A stretch of 54,858 bases of DNA from Gammaproteobacteria bacterium (GTDB lineage Bacteria; Pseudomonadota; Gammaproteobacteria; Arenicellales; Poriferihabitantaceae). Location of the stretch: contig WTGA01000133.1 of assembly GCA_011523765.1 (NCBI GenBank), positions 1-54,858 on the forward strand. Direction: 5' to 3'. Shown piece by piece: positions 9,645 through 19,562 of this stretch. The stretch's first letter is position 1. Every line of letters starts with the position of its first letter. The position numbers and the translations under genes are program-made. A model generated the notes under the pieces. The model saw only the letters and a program-made list of their open reading frames with translations. It ran no database searches and was not told the origin of the DNA.

Positions 9645-12152
9645 TCAGAACCGCAGATTGAACTTGAGGAAGAAAGTGCGCCCCCAACCAGCCGCCGTCG
9701 GCCCGTCCACACTGCTGGGGTTGGAGGTATCCACCGAAAGCTGGGTATCGGTGAGATTCAATACACCGGTCGTGAACCGTGCGTTTTCCAGCCCCCAGGG
9801 TTTCTCCCAGTCCACTGACAGGTCATGGCCGGTCCAGGACTTGAAACTTCCGGTGCCCGACCGGTTCCGGAAGCCTGCACGGTAATTCCCGATCCAGGAA
9901 ACACTCAGGCTACCCCGCTTGGCCGCGACACCCAGCCGGAATGCGTCCCGGGGAATGGCGTAGCGCCTCTTCACGCCGGCAACGCTCAGTTCGGAGCTGG
10001 AAATGTGCCGCCAGGTCCCCCGAAAGCCCACGGTCCCCCAACCCGTCCTGAAGCCTGACCCGAACCGGGTGTGCACTCCTTCCAGTTCGGTGTCAACGAC
10101 ATTTGCAAAACCGGTGTGAATGGTAATGTCGCTACCGGTGCGGTCAATGCAGTCCGTCTTTGCCGTTGCAGTGTCATCACATTCAGGCAGGTTCTGCATG
10201 GCCCAGTTGGCACTGTGCTGGCCCGGCAGGTCGGAGCGTGATGTTTTCTGCCATTCCAGGTCAAAAAAGAACGGCCTCTTGCTGAACCGGCCACCGACAG
10301 TGATTCTTTCATTGCCAGAAGGCTCAAGCTCCGGATTGCCCGATGTTTCACGTGTCACCTGCCGGGGATTGGATTGTGCACAGGTGCGTGGAGGATCGCC
10401 TGACCCCGGGTCACAGTCGATATAGGGGTGATCCTGCGTCTCGTCGCTGTAAAGAGCCGACATGGAGGGAGTTCTCTCTCCGGTACTCCAGGAACTGCGC
10501 AACGTAACCAGGTCGTTCGCGGCGTAATAACTGCTAAGGCGCCAGGACTCCAGGCCACCGACATCGTCGAGGTCGTCCCCACGTCCTGCAACCCTGAATT
10601 CCAGTTTCTCGGTTACCGGCAGCAAGATCTCGGCAAAGGCCCCGGCAAACTCGCGCTCACCGGCATAACTGACCCCGCCGGAACCGAGCACTTCGGACAC
10701 GGGATAGGTTTCGCCTTCATTGTCCCGGTAGACCGTGACGTCATGCACCTTCAGACGTCCAAGCTCAAGGCCGGCGGTCCAGGACGCTTTCCGGTCACCG
10801 AAAAACGGTCGGGTGCCTTCCAGTGCCAGCCGGGTACTCAGGTGCTCCGAACCGAAATCGTTATCTTCCTCCAGGCTGGTCTCCGCAATGGCATTCCGGT
10901 GGACCTCTCCGGTCGAGGACGGGTCTTCGAGATCGTACCTCCCTTCGGCGATGGCCGTTTGGACCTTTTCACCATGCACGAAGGTATTCCCGGTCAGGGA
11001 ACCATCGAGTTCGTAGGCGCTGATTTCCACATCATAGCCCAAATCCTCCTGAATCAGGCCCTCGATGCCCATGCTGAGGTCGAATTCCTCGGTGTCGGTC
11101 AGCCAGTCCCGGTTGCCATGGCCGATAAAACGGTGCCCCACGACGAAATCGTCATTGTCATCCGCCGGGACTTGGTCGTCGATGGTTCTGAGCAGGCCCC
11201 CATCCGGGGTAAAGGAAAACACACCGACCGACGGGGCATAACGGAATGCCGACTCCGCCTGTGTGACATTCGCCTCCAGGTGGAATTCGGCCTCTTCTCC
11301 GACCGGGTGGTTCAGGTTCAACAGAACGCCCTGCTGTTCGTAGCTGCTGGTATTCCAGGCAAACTTTCCGTAGGCAAAACCGCAGCCCTTGTCTCCGGGG
11401 ACGATACTGCCGGAAGGATTGCTGAGTTCCCCGGTATAGCCTTTGCCCGGATCACACTCCCCCAGCGCCATCGTCCGCAAGCCGGTAACGGGGCCGCCTT
11501 GTCCGTCCCGCTGGACGACCCAGACCGTATTGCCACCAATGCTGACATTTCTTGCATCGCGGAAGGTACCGCCTTGCTCCCAGGCGGAACGGCTGTATTC
11601 CCGGCTGTCCGAGGGAATTTCGTTTCGTTTGATGACATCCATGCCAAGGGTCATGCGGCCTTCACCGACGGCGCTGCCCCAGAAGACACTTCCCTGCTGC
11701 CCCTCGCCTCCGTCACGGCTTGGCCTGCGCACGGACGTATTCACCTCGAAGCCATCCAGGTCCTGCCTGAGAACCACATTGAGCGCACCCCGTACGGCGC
11801 TCCCGCCAAATGTGCCCAGTGTATCGCCACTCAGTACCTCCAGGCGCTCAATGGCCGAGACCGGGATGGGATCCAGATCATTCGATGTCGTGGCATAGGG
11901 CCGGCCATTGACCAGGACGAGAACGGGCAGTCCACCCGTAAGGAAGTAGCGGATGATTCCGGTATCGAGTACTTCCTCAAGCGTCATGGCGCCGGTACGC
12001 TCAAGAAAATTCCGTTCATACTTGGCGATCACGCGCGGGGCAGGCGCAAGAGAGCCGGCAGTAGCATCCTGGGCCGCCAGTGTGGCGAAAAGGCCGAAAA
12101 AAACCAACAGGCTGGTCGCCAGGGCCGTCTTTGTCTTGAATTGTGAAATCAC
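9645..12152 (-). CDS. TonB-dependent receptor-like outer membrane protein
   Basis: Signal peptide; plug motifs LVLVNGRP and IPVSAIERLEVL; GNPELEP; C-terminal GRTFFLKFNLRF with terminal Phe. Start (GTG 12152 or ATG 12188) is uncertain. Confidence 0.88.
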   Translation of the reverse strand: MISQFKTKTALATSLLVFFGLFATLAAQDATAGSLAPAPRVIAKYERNFLERTGAMTLEEVLDTGIIRYFLTGGLPVLVLVNGRPYATTSNDLDPIPVSAIERLEVLSGDTLGTFGGSAVRGALNVVLRQDLDGFEVNTSVRRPSRDGGEGQQGSVFWGSAVGEGRMTLGMDVIKRNEIPSDSREYSRSAWEQGGTFRDARNVSIGGNTVWVVQRDGQGGPVTGLRTMALGECDPGKGYTGELSNPSGSIVPGDKGCGFAYGKFAWNTSSYEQQGVLLNLNHPVGEEAEFHLEANVTQAESAFRYAPSVGVFSFTPDGGLLRTIDDQVPADDNDDFVVGHRFIGHGNRDWLTDTEEFDLSMGIEGLIQEDLGYDVEISAYELDGSLTGNTFVHGEKVQTAIAEGRYDLEDPSSTGEVHRNAIAETSLEEDNDFGSEHLSTRLALEGTRPFFGDRKASWTAGLELGRLKVHDVTVYRDNEGETYPVSEVLGSGGVSYAGEREFAGAFAEILLPVTEKLEFRVAGRGDDLDDVGGLESWRLSSYYAANDLVTLRSSWSTGERTPSMSALYSDETQDHPYIDCDPGSGDPPRTCAQSNPRQVTRETSGNPELEPSGNERITVGGRFSKRPFFFDLEWQKTSRSDLPGQHSANWAMQNLPECDDTATAKTDCIDRTGSDITIHTGFANVVDTELEGVHTRFGSGFRTGWGTVGFRGTWRHISSSELSVAGVKRRYAIPRDAFRLGVAAKRGSLSVSWIGNYRAGFRNRSGTGSFKSWTGHDLSVDWEKPWGLENARFTTGVLNLTDTQLSVDTSNPSSVDGPTAAGWGRTFFLKFNLRF

Positions 12153-12816
12153 TTGTGCCTCTCTGGGTTTCGTGAAATGGTCATGCAATCACTCGGTTGA
12201 CCAGTTAACCGGCCCCGGATACCCGGGTTTTTCATGGAAAACTGGACCGGTGACTGCCGGCCTCGGTGCCGGATCACCGTGAGACCCCGCCCAGTGTATC
12301 CAAGCGGGGGGATTCTACTACACGGGCTTCCGCGATTCGACCTGATTTTCAATGAAATCAGGGGATTTGGCCGGAATATTCCGCCTGGCCGGATGGTTTT
12401 TGGAGACCGGAATTCCAAAACCCATGATCGTGTCGGCATCCTTCTGGAAACGGGAGTCTCTTTTTCGGCCGGTCCGGGGACAGTCTTGCTGCTCCAGTTG
12501 TGTGCTGCGGGGTTTTCCCGTCACGGCGGTGCCGGCAATGGAAAGGACGAACGTTCCAGCCCGGTGATGGCGACGGTACCGGTCCACGCAACGCCGGAAT
12601 GTGCGTACTGAAGTGGTAGGTTTCTTGTGGCCGGCCCCGTGCAGGGTGGTCGTATACCGGCAGATGATCATTGTGACCGGAGACCCAAACGGGAACGGGA
12701 CCTCCGGAAGGATGCGGGGCCACCATGCGCCGTCGCAAGCAATACCGGATCACCACCCGCCGCAACGTTCCGGTTAAAATGGTGTCCCGGTTCGCACACG
12801 ACAGATTGGGTTGGAC

Positions 12817-14865
12817 ATGAATTATCTCGTTCTTGAAAATGAATACATACCACTCGCCGACGGCCGACGACTCGCCGCACGAATCTGGTTGCCGGACACG
12901 GTTTCAGAGGCTCCGGCCCCGGCAATACTCGAGTATCTGCCCTATCGAAAGCGGGATGGGACGGCAGAGCGTGACGAATCCACGTATCCGGTTCTGGCGG
13001 AGGCAGGTTATGCGGGAGTACGCGTTGACATGGCAGGTCATGGCGAGTCAGACGGAGAATTTGATGACGAATATTCACCCCGGGAACTGGACGATGGCCT
13101 GGCCGTCATTGCCTGGATTGCCGGCCAGGCTTGGTGTGACGGCAATGTCGGCATGATGGGGATTTCCTGGGGCGGGTTCAACGGCCTGCAGCTTGCCGCA
13201 CTGCGGCCCCCTGCCCTGAAAGCGGTCATTTCGATCGGCACAACCGTGGACCGCTACAATGATGACATCCATTACAAGAATGGATGCCACCTGTACTCCA
13301 ATTTCTGGTGGTCGAGTGTCATGCTGGGATATGCCTCCCGACCACCCGATCCCGAACTTTCGGGACCGGAGTGGCGTGACCGGTGGCTGCATCGCCTGAC
13401 CACCCAGCCCTTCCCGCTTTCCAAGTGGTTGGCGCATCAACGGCGGGATGCGTACTGGAAACATGGGTCCATTTGTGAGCACTATGAGAAGATCACCATT
13501 CCCTGCCTGGTTGTCAGCGGTTGGGCGGACGGCTATCTCAATGCTCCGCCCGCTGCCGTGGAAAACATCGGCACGCACACCAAGGCAATCAACGGCCCAT
13601 GGATCCACAAGTATCCCTACCTGGCCTATCCGCACCCCAGGCTGGATTTTCACCAGGAAGCGATCCGCTGGTGGGACCGGTGGCTGAGGGGAATGGAAAA
13701 CAACGTCGCTGGCCTGCCGGATTATCGTGCCTACATCCTGGAAAATATCCGCCCTTCCGGGTGGCGGGAATATGATCCCGGAAGATGGGTTGCCGAACAG
13801 AACTGGCCTTCAAAAAACATCTTGCCGACGGACTATTACCTGGACAATCACCGGTTAACCCCCGATCTTCCCGGACAGGACCGGCCTTTATCCATTTGTT
13901 CTCCCCAGGATTGCGGCCTGGAATCCGGAGAATTCTTCCCCCTGAAACCAGACCGGGAAATGCCCGGCAACCAATGCGAAGACGATGCCGGCTCGCTGGT
14001 GTTCGATACTCCGCCGCTGGACGCAGACCTCGAAATTCTGGGTCGTCCGGTCCTGAAACTGAAAGTGGCCATTGACCGGCCCGTTGGGAATCTCATTGCC
14101 CGGCTGGTGGATGTGCACCCGGACCATGTCGGATACCGGGTCAGTTGGGGAGTCCTGAATCTTTGTCATCGAAACAGCCATGAACACCCCGAGTTCATGA
14201 TTCCGGGTGAATGGGTGGAAATCGCGCTGCAGCTGGATGAGTGCGGATACCGGTTCGTCGCAGGACACCGTATACGGGTTGCCCTCTCCACCGCCTATTG
14301 GCCGACGGTGCTGCCCTCTCCCGAGATTGTGACCGCGACCTTTGCCACCGGTGGTTCCGCCGCCCTCACCCTGCCGGTTCGAACCGGAGGCGAAGAGGGC
14401 GACCTGCCCGTCCCGGACCATCCGGACCCGCTGCCCGGGTATGAGATCACGATGCCGGCACGCTACGTTACTGGGTTCCGGTCATTGGCCCGCTTGAGGT
14501 ATGAGATCACGATGCCGGCACGCTACGAAAGAAGGGTCACCCGCAACCGGAAAAACAACACAACGACCATGCGAATCCTCGATGACACCGGCGAACAGGT
14601 GATCCCCGGGCATGCTCTGCGTGTCCGGCAGAAACACGTCAACCGATGGCAGGTCAACCTCCGTGATCCATCGGACACCTGCCTGCAGGCAACGTTCAGT
14701 TGCTGGATGACCCGGGGCCATTGGCGCATCAAAACCGTTTCCCGAAGTGAACTCGTCCTGGACCCGACCCGGTTTCACATCCGAGCCGAAATCAAGGCGT
14801 ATGAAGGGGCTGCGATGATCCATGCCAGGACCTGGAAACAGTCCATCCCCCGGGATTTCATGTAG
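12817..14865 (+). CDS. CocE/NonD family hydrolase (peptidase S15-like)
   Basis: DGRRLAARIWLP, EYLPYRKRDGT, GISWGG nucleophile elbow, GWADGY, GPWIH; C-terminal PepX_C-like domain. Confidence 0.92.
   Translation: MNYLVLENEYIPLADGRRLAARIWLPDTVSEAPAPAILEYLPYRKRDGTAERDESTYPVLAEAGYAGVRVDMAGHGESDGEFDDEYSPRELDDGLAVIAWIAGQAWCDGNVGMMGISWGGFNGLQLAALRPPALKAVISIGTTVDRYNDDIHYKNGCHLYSNFWWSSVMLGYASRPPDPELSGPEWRDRWLHRLTTQPFPLSKWLAHQRRDAYWKHGSICEHYEKITIPCLVVSGWADGYLNAPPAAVENIGTHTKAINGPWIHKYPYLAYPHPRLDFHQEAIRWWDRWLRGMENNVAGLPDYRAYILENIRPSGWREYDPGRWVAEQNWPSKNILPTDYYLDNHRLTPDLPGQDRPLSICSPQDCGLESGEFFPLKPDREMPGNQCEDDAGSLVFDTPPLDADLEILGRPVLKLKVAIDRPVGNLIARLVDVHPDHVGYRVSWGVLNLCHRNSHEHPEFMIPGEWVEIALQLDECGYRFVAGHRIRVALSTAYWPTVLPSPEIVTATFATGGSAALTLPVRTGGEEGDLPVPDHPDPLPGYEITMPARYVTGFRSLARLRYEITMPARYERRVTRNRKNNTTTMRILDDTGEQVIPGHALRVRQKHVNRWQVNLRDPSDTCLQATFSCWMTRGHWRIKTVSRSELVLDPTRFHIRAEIKAYEGAAMIHARTWKQSIPRDFM
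14438..14527 (+). repeat. 30-bp perfect direct repeat flanking a 30-bp insert, in frame within the CocE gene
   Basis: GGTATGAGATCACGATGCCGGCACGCTACG occurs at 14438-14467 and 14498-14527; the protein shows YEITMPARY twice. Confidence 0.95.
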
Positions 14866-15185
14866 TCAGCAACCGGGCATTGAAGGCAACTTGGCACCCC
14901 TCCGTTGGCAGCACCGCTGAAGAGGAAGGCATCTTCAAATCGAGAACCGGATGCGGGTGCCTTGAGCCGGTCGTGCTATCATGGACGATGGAACCGGAAT
15001 CCAGGGGGTCAGCAAGGGGATGCGATCAGGGTACCGTGGTTGTGACCGAAGAAACCGTTGCCCGCCGGATTTGCAATGCCCGGCACGCCGGGAATCCTGA
15101 AGGCACCGCGGGAACTGCAATTCCTTCCGTTGCGAAAAACCGGGTACCGGGACACTGTCTCCTCAACCAACCGGACGGGCAGAAT

Positions 15186-15593
15186 TTGTCAGACAGATAC
15201 CAGATACGTGAAATCTACATCCAGGGCTGGTACGAACTGGATGGGGACAAGCTTTTGCAGGCGACAAGGGAAGATTTTAGATTCGAGGATCCTGCCGAGC
15301 CGGCATCCGTACACCGGGAAGATCTGGTTGCCTATATGCAACGATGGGACAAATGGACCCGGTCGGTTGGTGCCCGCAATCAGTGGAAACTTACCGATGA
15401 AGTCAGGCAGGACCGAAATGGCATCCTGACCGACTGGGAGTGGTGGGAACTGATCGGCACCGACCTCTGCGGGGCCGCACTCGTCAAAACACGAAACGAT
15501 GGGGTTTTCCTCGAACGCATCACCTACTTCGACCGGAAAACCTGTCGTCATCGAAATGCCCGGGATGGATTCCAGCCGTGGCGGCCCGGCTGA
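15186..15593 (+). CDS. Hypothetical protein, probable SnoaL/NTF2-like fold
   Basis: YIQGWYELDGDKLL...DFRFEDP pattern typical of SnoaL-like proteins. The upstream part of the 14880 ORF looks non-coding; start at TTG 15186 is tentative. Confidence 0.6.
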   Translation: MSDRYQIREIYIQGWYELDGDKLLQATREDFRFEDPAEPASVHREDLVAYMQRWDKWTRSVGARNQWKLTDEVRQDRNGILTDWEWWELIGTDLCGAALVKTRNDGVFLERITYFDRKTCRHRNARDGFQPWRPG

Positions 15594-15606
15594 TACAGAC
15601 AGGCCC

Positions 15607-16218
15607 TCACCCTTGAATTTCAATTGCGGCTCCTTTGGGTGAATCCCCGCTGATCATTCCAATCATGGAAGGACAAGCCGAACAGACCAGCAGGATATCC
15701 TGCTCGGCTTTCAGTTCGATATAGTCTCCCTTTGCTGCCGCGGCCGGTCGGTCAACCAGATTCATCTGTCCATCCACCTCCGTGTGCTCAAACAGGTTCC
15801 ACGGACAGGGGACCGTTTTCAACTCATGGCCGTGGTCGGCCATCACCCTGATCAGGTTATCGTGGCAGTTCGGTTGCGGACCGGGATTGCCGAAAAACGC
15901 ATTGCTCCCGGCACTGCAGGCCGCATGCAGCGTGTCGTGTGTACCCGGGGAACTATCCTCGAGTATGGTCAACATGGGGTTGAACCGGTTGCTGACCAGC
16001 TGGTCCCGGGGCCGGAAGAACAGATGATACGTGGCAGTCCGGCTGTGGGCCATGGACAAAGACTCATCGGTCTGCAACGGATTGAATGCCCAGGTGTCGA
16101 CAACCTGCCCTCCTTCCGTGTTGATGATCCGCACATGCTGTCCGCTGGTAACCCCGACACCGACCGCACATCCGGGCGGAATAATGGTTCGGCTGGTTGC
16201 CGCATGGAAAACTGGCAT
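15607..16218 (-). CDS. DUF1989 / urea carboxylase-associated family protein
   Basis: IINTEGGQVVDTWAF, HDTLHAACS, NCHDNL, PWNLF, SACP; GAGG RBS upstream of ATG 16218. Confidence 0.85.
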   Translation of the reverse strand: MPVFHAATSRTIIPPGCAVGVGVTSGQHVRIINTEGGQVVDTWAFNPLQTDESLSMAHSRTATYHLFFRPRDQLVSNRFNPMLTILEDSSPGTHDTLHAACSAGSNAFFGNPGPQPNCHDNLIRVMADHGHELKTVPCPWNLFEHTEVDGQMNLVDRPAAAAKGDYIELKAEQDILLVCSACPSMIGMISGDSPKGAAIEIQG

Positions 16219-16684
16219 CGGTTTTTCCTCAAGGTTGATCCTGCCCCATCCATCCGGTTCGGAATTGCGCTTCCGCACCGGGCCCCGCTGACCGGCCGCA
16301 CTTCCCTGGATTGGGCACACATCCATTTCCGCGCTTCGTATCCGGAGCATCGACCGGCCATTTGTCAAGCGGATCATCCCGCTCGCATCATCCGGGTGAC
16401 CGGCTACATCCACCCGGCCTGCACCCGGACCAGGAAAATGAACCGGTGCCCGGGTTCAGGCCCTGATTTGATCATGCTGGCGGCTGCCCGGGAGTTTCCT
16501 CACATCCCCTCTCGCTGCCCGTACAGATGGCCCGGGACACCGGGTCCCCATCGACTCCGATGTGCCCGGCCAGGATTGCATGATAGCATACGGGGACCCA
16601 ACCAAGAGACCGCAGGATCATCCATGGACCGATTCTGCCGCGATTGGATGCGTCAACAGGTGAAATACATGACCCGGTTCTGCC

Positions 16685-18214
16685 ATGACCCACCCTAACA
16701 TCATCTGGATCTGTACGGACCAGCAACGATCGGACAGCCTGGGCTGTTCCGGCAATGAACATGCCAACACCCCCAACCTGGACCACCTGGCGGCCAGGGG
16801 TACCCGATTTTCCCGGCACCATACCCCGATGCAAATCTGCTCACCGAGCCGGGCGACCCTGTTTACGGGCCTGTATCCCAGGAATCACGGATTAATCACC
16901 AATGGCCGGGCGCTCGACACTTCCATCCCCACCCTCACGGAAAGCCTGGTGAAGACCGGTTATTCAACCCACAGCGTCGGCAAACAGCATTTGCAGCCCA
17001 TTCTCGCTTCTGCGGAACTGAACATGCCCGATTCCAGGGCTTTCTGGCGGAATGACCGGTCCAGGCAGTGGAATGGTCCCTATTACGGATTCCAGACACT
17101 GGACCTGTTGCTTGGCGAATCCGATACGGCTGCCATTGCCGGACACTATGCAAACTGGTTAAGGGAAAACCATGCCGAGGCGGTCAAGCTGCTGCAGGTG
17201 GAAGCCGCGGCAGACCGTCCGCCTGCGGACCTGGATGAAATCTGGGTATCCGCCATTCCGGCAGAGCTCCACTACAACAGCTGGATTACCAGCCGGGCGG
17301 TCCACTTTATTGAACAGGCCGCCTGCAGCCGTCCCTTCTTCCTGTTTGTTTCCTACCCCGACCCCCACCATCCATTTGCGCCACCTGCTGAATACGCGGA
17401 CCGCTACCACTATTCGGACATGCCGCTGCCACGGGCAGACCCCGGAGAACTGGAACGCGTTCCGGATTACTACGGCGAACTCTTTCCAAAAGGCCAGGGG
17501 TTCCGGGAGCTCTACTGGGCCGCGACCGATGATGAAGCCGGTTCGATGATTACCACGGAAGACATCAGCGACCGGTCCATGCAGCAGGCCATCGCCCACA
17601 CCTACGGGATGATTGAAATGATTGACGAGGGTGTGGGGAAGATAATGACTGCACTGGACCGCCATGGCCATTCACAGAACACGATCGTTGTATTTACCTC
17701 CGACCATGGCGAGTTACTGGGAACCCACGGCCTGTTGCACAAGGGACCGCCGCCCTATCGGCAACTGACTGAAATCACCCTGATCATGTCGGGACCCGGG
17801 ATTGGTGCCGGCCAAACGACCCGCTCGTTATCCAGCCATATCGACCTTGTACCGACCATGTTGGATCTTGCCGGGATTCCCCATGGCCCGGGAAATACCG
17901 ATGGGGTTTCCCTGGTCCCGCTCCTCCAGGGAGCGGATTCCGGTATCCGGGAATACCTTTTTGGCGAGTATCACCCGACTGCCCGGAATGACGTCTACAA
18001 CCAGACCGTTCAGACCCCCGACTGGCGCCTGACGATTTACCCCAACCATTCACGATGGGGAGAACTGTTCCACCTGAAATCTGACCCGGATGAACACTGG
18101 AACCTGTATCACCAGCCTGCTTTCAGGAATACCCGCTGTGAACTGTCGGAACTGCTTGCAAAAGAGTTCCCGCCAAACATGGAGGTCGGCAGCGAATTAT
18201 TGTGCAAATGGTAG
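16685..18214 (+). CDS. Sulfatase (formylglycine-dependent, Cys type)
   Basis: PNIIWICTDQQR, CSPSRATLFTG (CxPxR), GKQH, PDPHHPF, FTSDHGE, HKG. Confidence 0.93.
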   Translation: MTHPNIIWICTDQQRSDSLGCSGNEHANTPNLDHLAARGTRFSRHHTPMQICSPSRATLFTGLYPRNHGLITNGRALDTSIPTLTESLVKTGYSTHSVGKQHLQPILASAELNMPDSRAFWRNDRSRQWNGPYYGFQTLDLLLGESDTAAIAGHYANWLRENHAEAVKLLQVEAAADRPPADLDEIWVSAIPAELHYNSWITSRAVHFIEQAACSRPFFLFVSYPDPHHPFAPPAEYADRYHYSDMPLPRADPGELERVPDYYGELFPKGQGFRELYWAATDDEAGSMITTEDISDRSMQQAIAHTYGMIEMIDEGVGKIMTALDRHGHSQNTIVVFTSDHGELLGTHGLLHKGPPPYRQLTEITLIMSGPGIGAGQTTRSLSSHIDLVPTMLDLAGIPHGPGNTDGVSLVPLLQGADSGIREYLFGEYHPTARNDVYNQTVQTPDWRLTIYPNHSRWGELFHLKSDPDEHWNLYHQPAFRNTRCELSELLAKEFPPNMEVGSELLCKW

Positions 18215-18216
18215 TT

Positions 18217-19221
18217 TCAGGTAGGCGGGTCGGACTGTTCCAGTTGTTCAATCACCGCATTGACCTCGGCAACCGCCCGTTTCAGCTGTTCAAGAATTTC
18301 TGCATCACCATCCGACATGTCCTGGTGCTGGATGAGGTGCTGAAGTTTACCCTGGGCCAGCCAGGCACCGTGGCGCGCCAGTTCTGCCTTGATTCCCGGT
18401 TCCCCGTAGCGAACGATATCGTGAATCGCGGTCGGGTCCGGATAGGAAATGTCTTCAGCGACCTGCCCCGGAACAACCGTAATCCGGTCTCCGGGCTCCA
18501 GCAATCTGGCTGCACGGTGTACCACCATGTTGCCCTGCTGGAAAATGGCGTATCCCGCCCGGGGGAACCGGGTCCGGATTACCCGGCTTTCATCCAGCTC
18601 ATCGGAAATGCCGTCCCGGATTTCGTGCACCTCCATGTCAAACATTTCCGCTACTTCATGTTTCGTACCCTGAAAATACTCGAAATTTCCCCCCTTCAAT
18701 TTCACCGGATCGGTCACCATCACGACATAGTCAAACCCGATTCCATCGTAATGCCAGGAATCCACCGCCTTGGTGATGTCATCGGGAGAATAGTTGACAT
18801 AGAGCTGCTGGGAAGGCAGGGAGTGTGGGGCAAGCCGGGTCCCGCTGATTGCGGACATGTGCTCCAGGATCACAGGGCATGCGCACAGGTCCCTGAGAAA
18901 CCGGGACCGGTAGACCCCTCCCGCAAGGTGGGAAGGTGTCCGGATGCCACGGATGGAAGACTTCACGGCTTTCAACCGGTTCACCACCCGGGAAACCGCG
19001 TCGATGCCCTCACTGGAAAACAATCGGAACGGTGACGTGACCGCCACATTGGAAGGGCATTGGCTGATCTCCTGCGGGCGGTACCCGAATTCTTCAAGCG
19101 TCCAGATGCGTTCCGGCCATTCAGGGCTCAGATGCAAATCCGGGTCGTATCGGACTTCATCCTCAAAACACTGGTAGGACCGGGGCAAAGACCTCGGAAA
19201 GGGTAAAGGTTTGACGCGCAA
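18217..19221 (-). CDS. Putative Fe(II)/2-oxoglutarate-dependent oxygenase of unknown substrate
   Basis: WHYD (HxD), GGNFEY, distal His in QGNMVVHRA, and a downstream Arg (DRITVV). Confidence 0.7.
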   Translation of the reverse strand: MRVKPLPFPRSLPRSYQCFEDEVRYDPDLHLSPEWPERIWTLEEFGYRPQEISQCPSNVAVTSPFRLFSSEGIDAVSRVVNRLKAVKSSIRGIRTPSHLAGGVYRSRFLRDLCACPVILEHMSAISGTRLAPHSLPSQQLYVNYSPDDITKAVDSWHYDGIGFDYVVMVTDPVKLKGGNFEYFQGTKHEVAEMFDMEVHEIRDGISDELDESRVIRTRFPRAGYAIFQQGNMVVHRAARLLEPGDRITVVPGQVAEDISYPDPTAIHDIVRYGEPGIKAELARHGAWLAQGKLQHLIQHQDMSDGDAEILEQLKRAVAEVNAVIEQLEQSDPPT

Positions 19222-19562
19222 TGTAATTCGTGGCTTTCAACTTCAACAGGCTGTCGCTTCGAGTATATCAAGGAAAACCGTTCGGGTGCACGGAAGCCGG
19301 ACCGTTTCCATTTGCGGCACAAACAAAACCGACCGCCGGTCTTGTCCATGCTCTATATCGAACCTGCTGCACAACGTCAATGTCGGCGGCTGTCACACGA
19401 ACGGTGACTCCCTCCATTTCATGGCCGCACCAGCCGTCCCACGCACATGTGCCGGCATCCTGGTCCCGTTGGCAGACCTGGCGCTGTGTCAGGGAGATTG
19501 GTTGGCCTGCACGGGTATGATAACCTGACACGTATCTTTGAATCCTCAGCACGGGAAGTAAC

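Noticed and set aside
14438-14527. CRISPR array
   Set aside because: Only two repeats, the repeat is coding sequence of the host gene, and there is no leader or cas gene in the window. Kept as a repeat finding only.
14880-15185. Long N-terminal extensions in the ORF track (also rnc, cobU, cbiX, DUF1989 and both FMN oxidases)
   Set aside because: The extensions look non-coding; family motifs, and in some cases an RBS, point to downstream starts.
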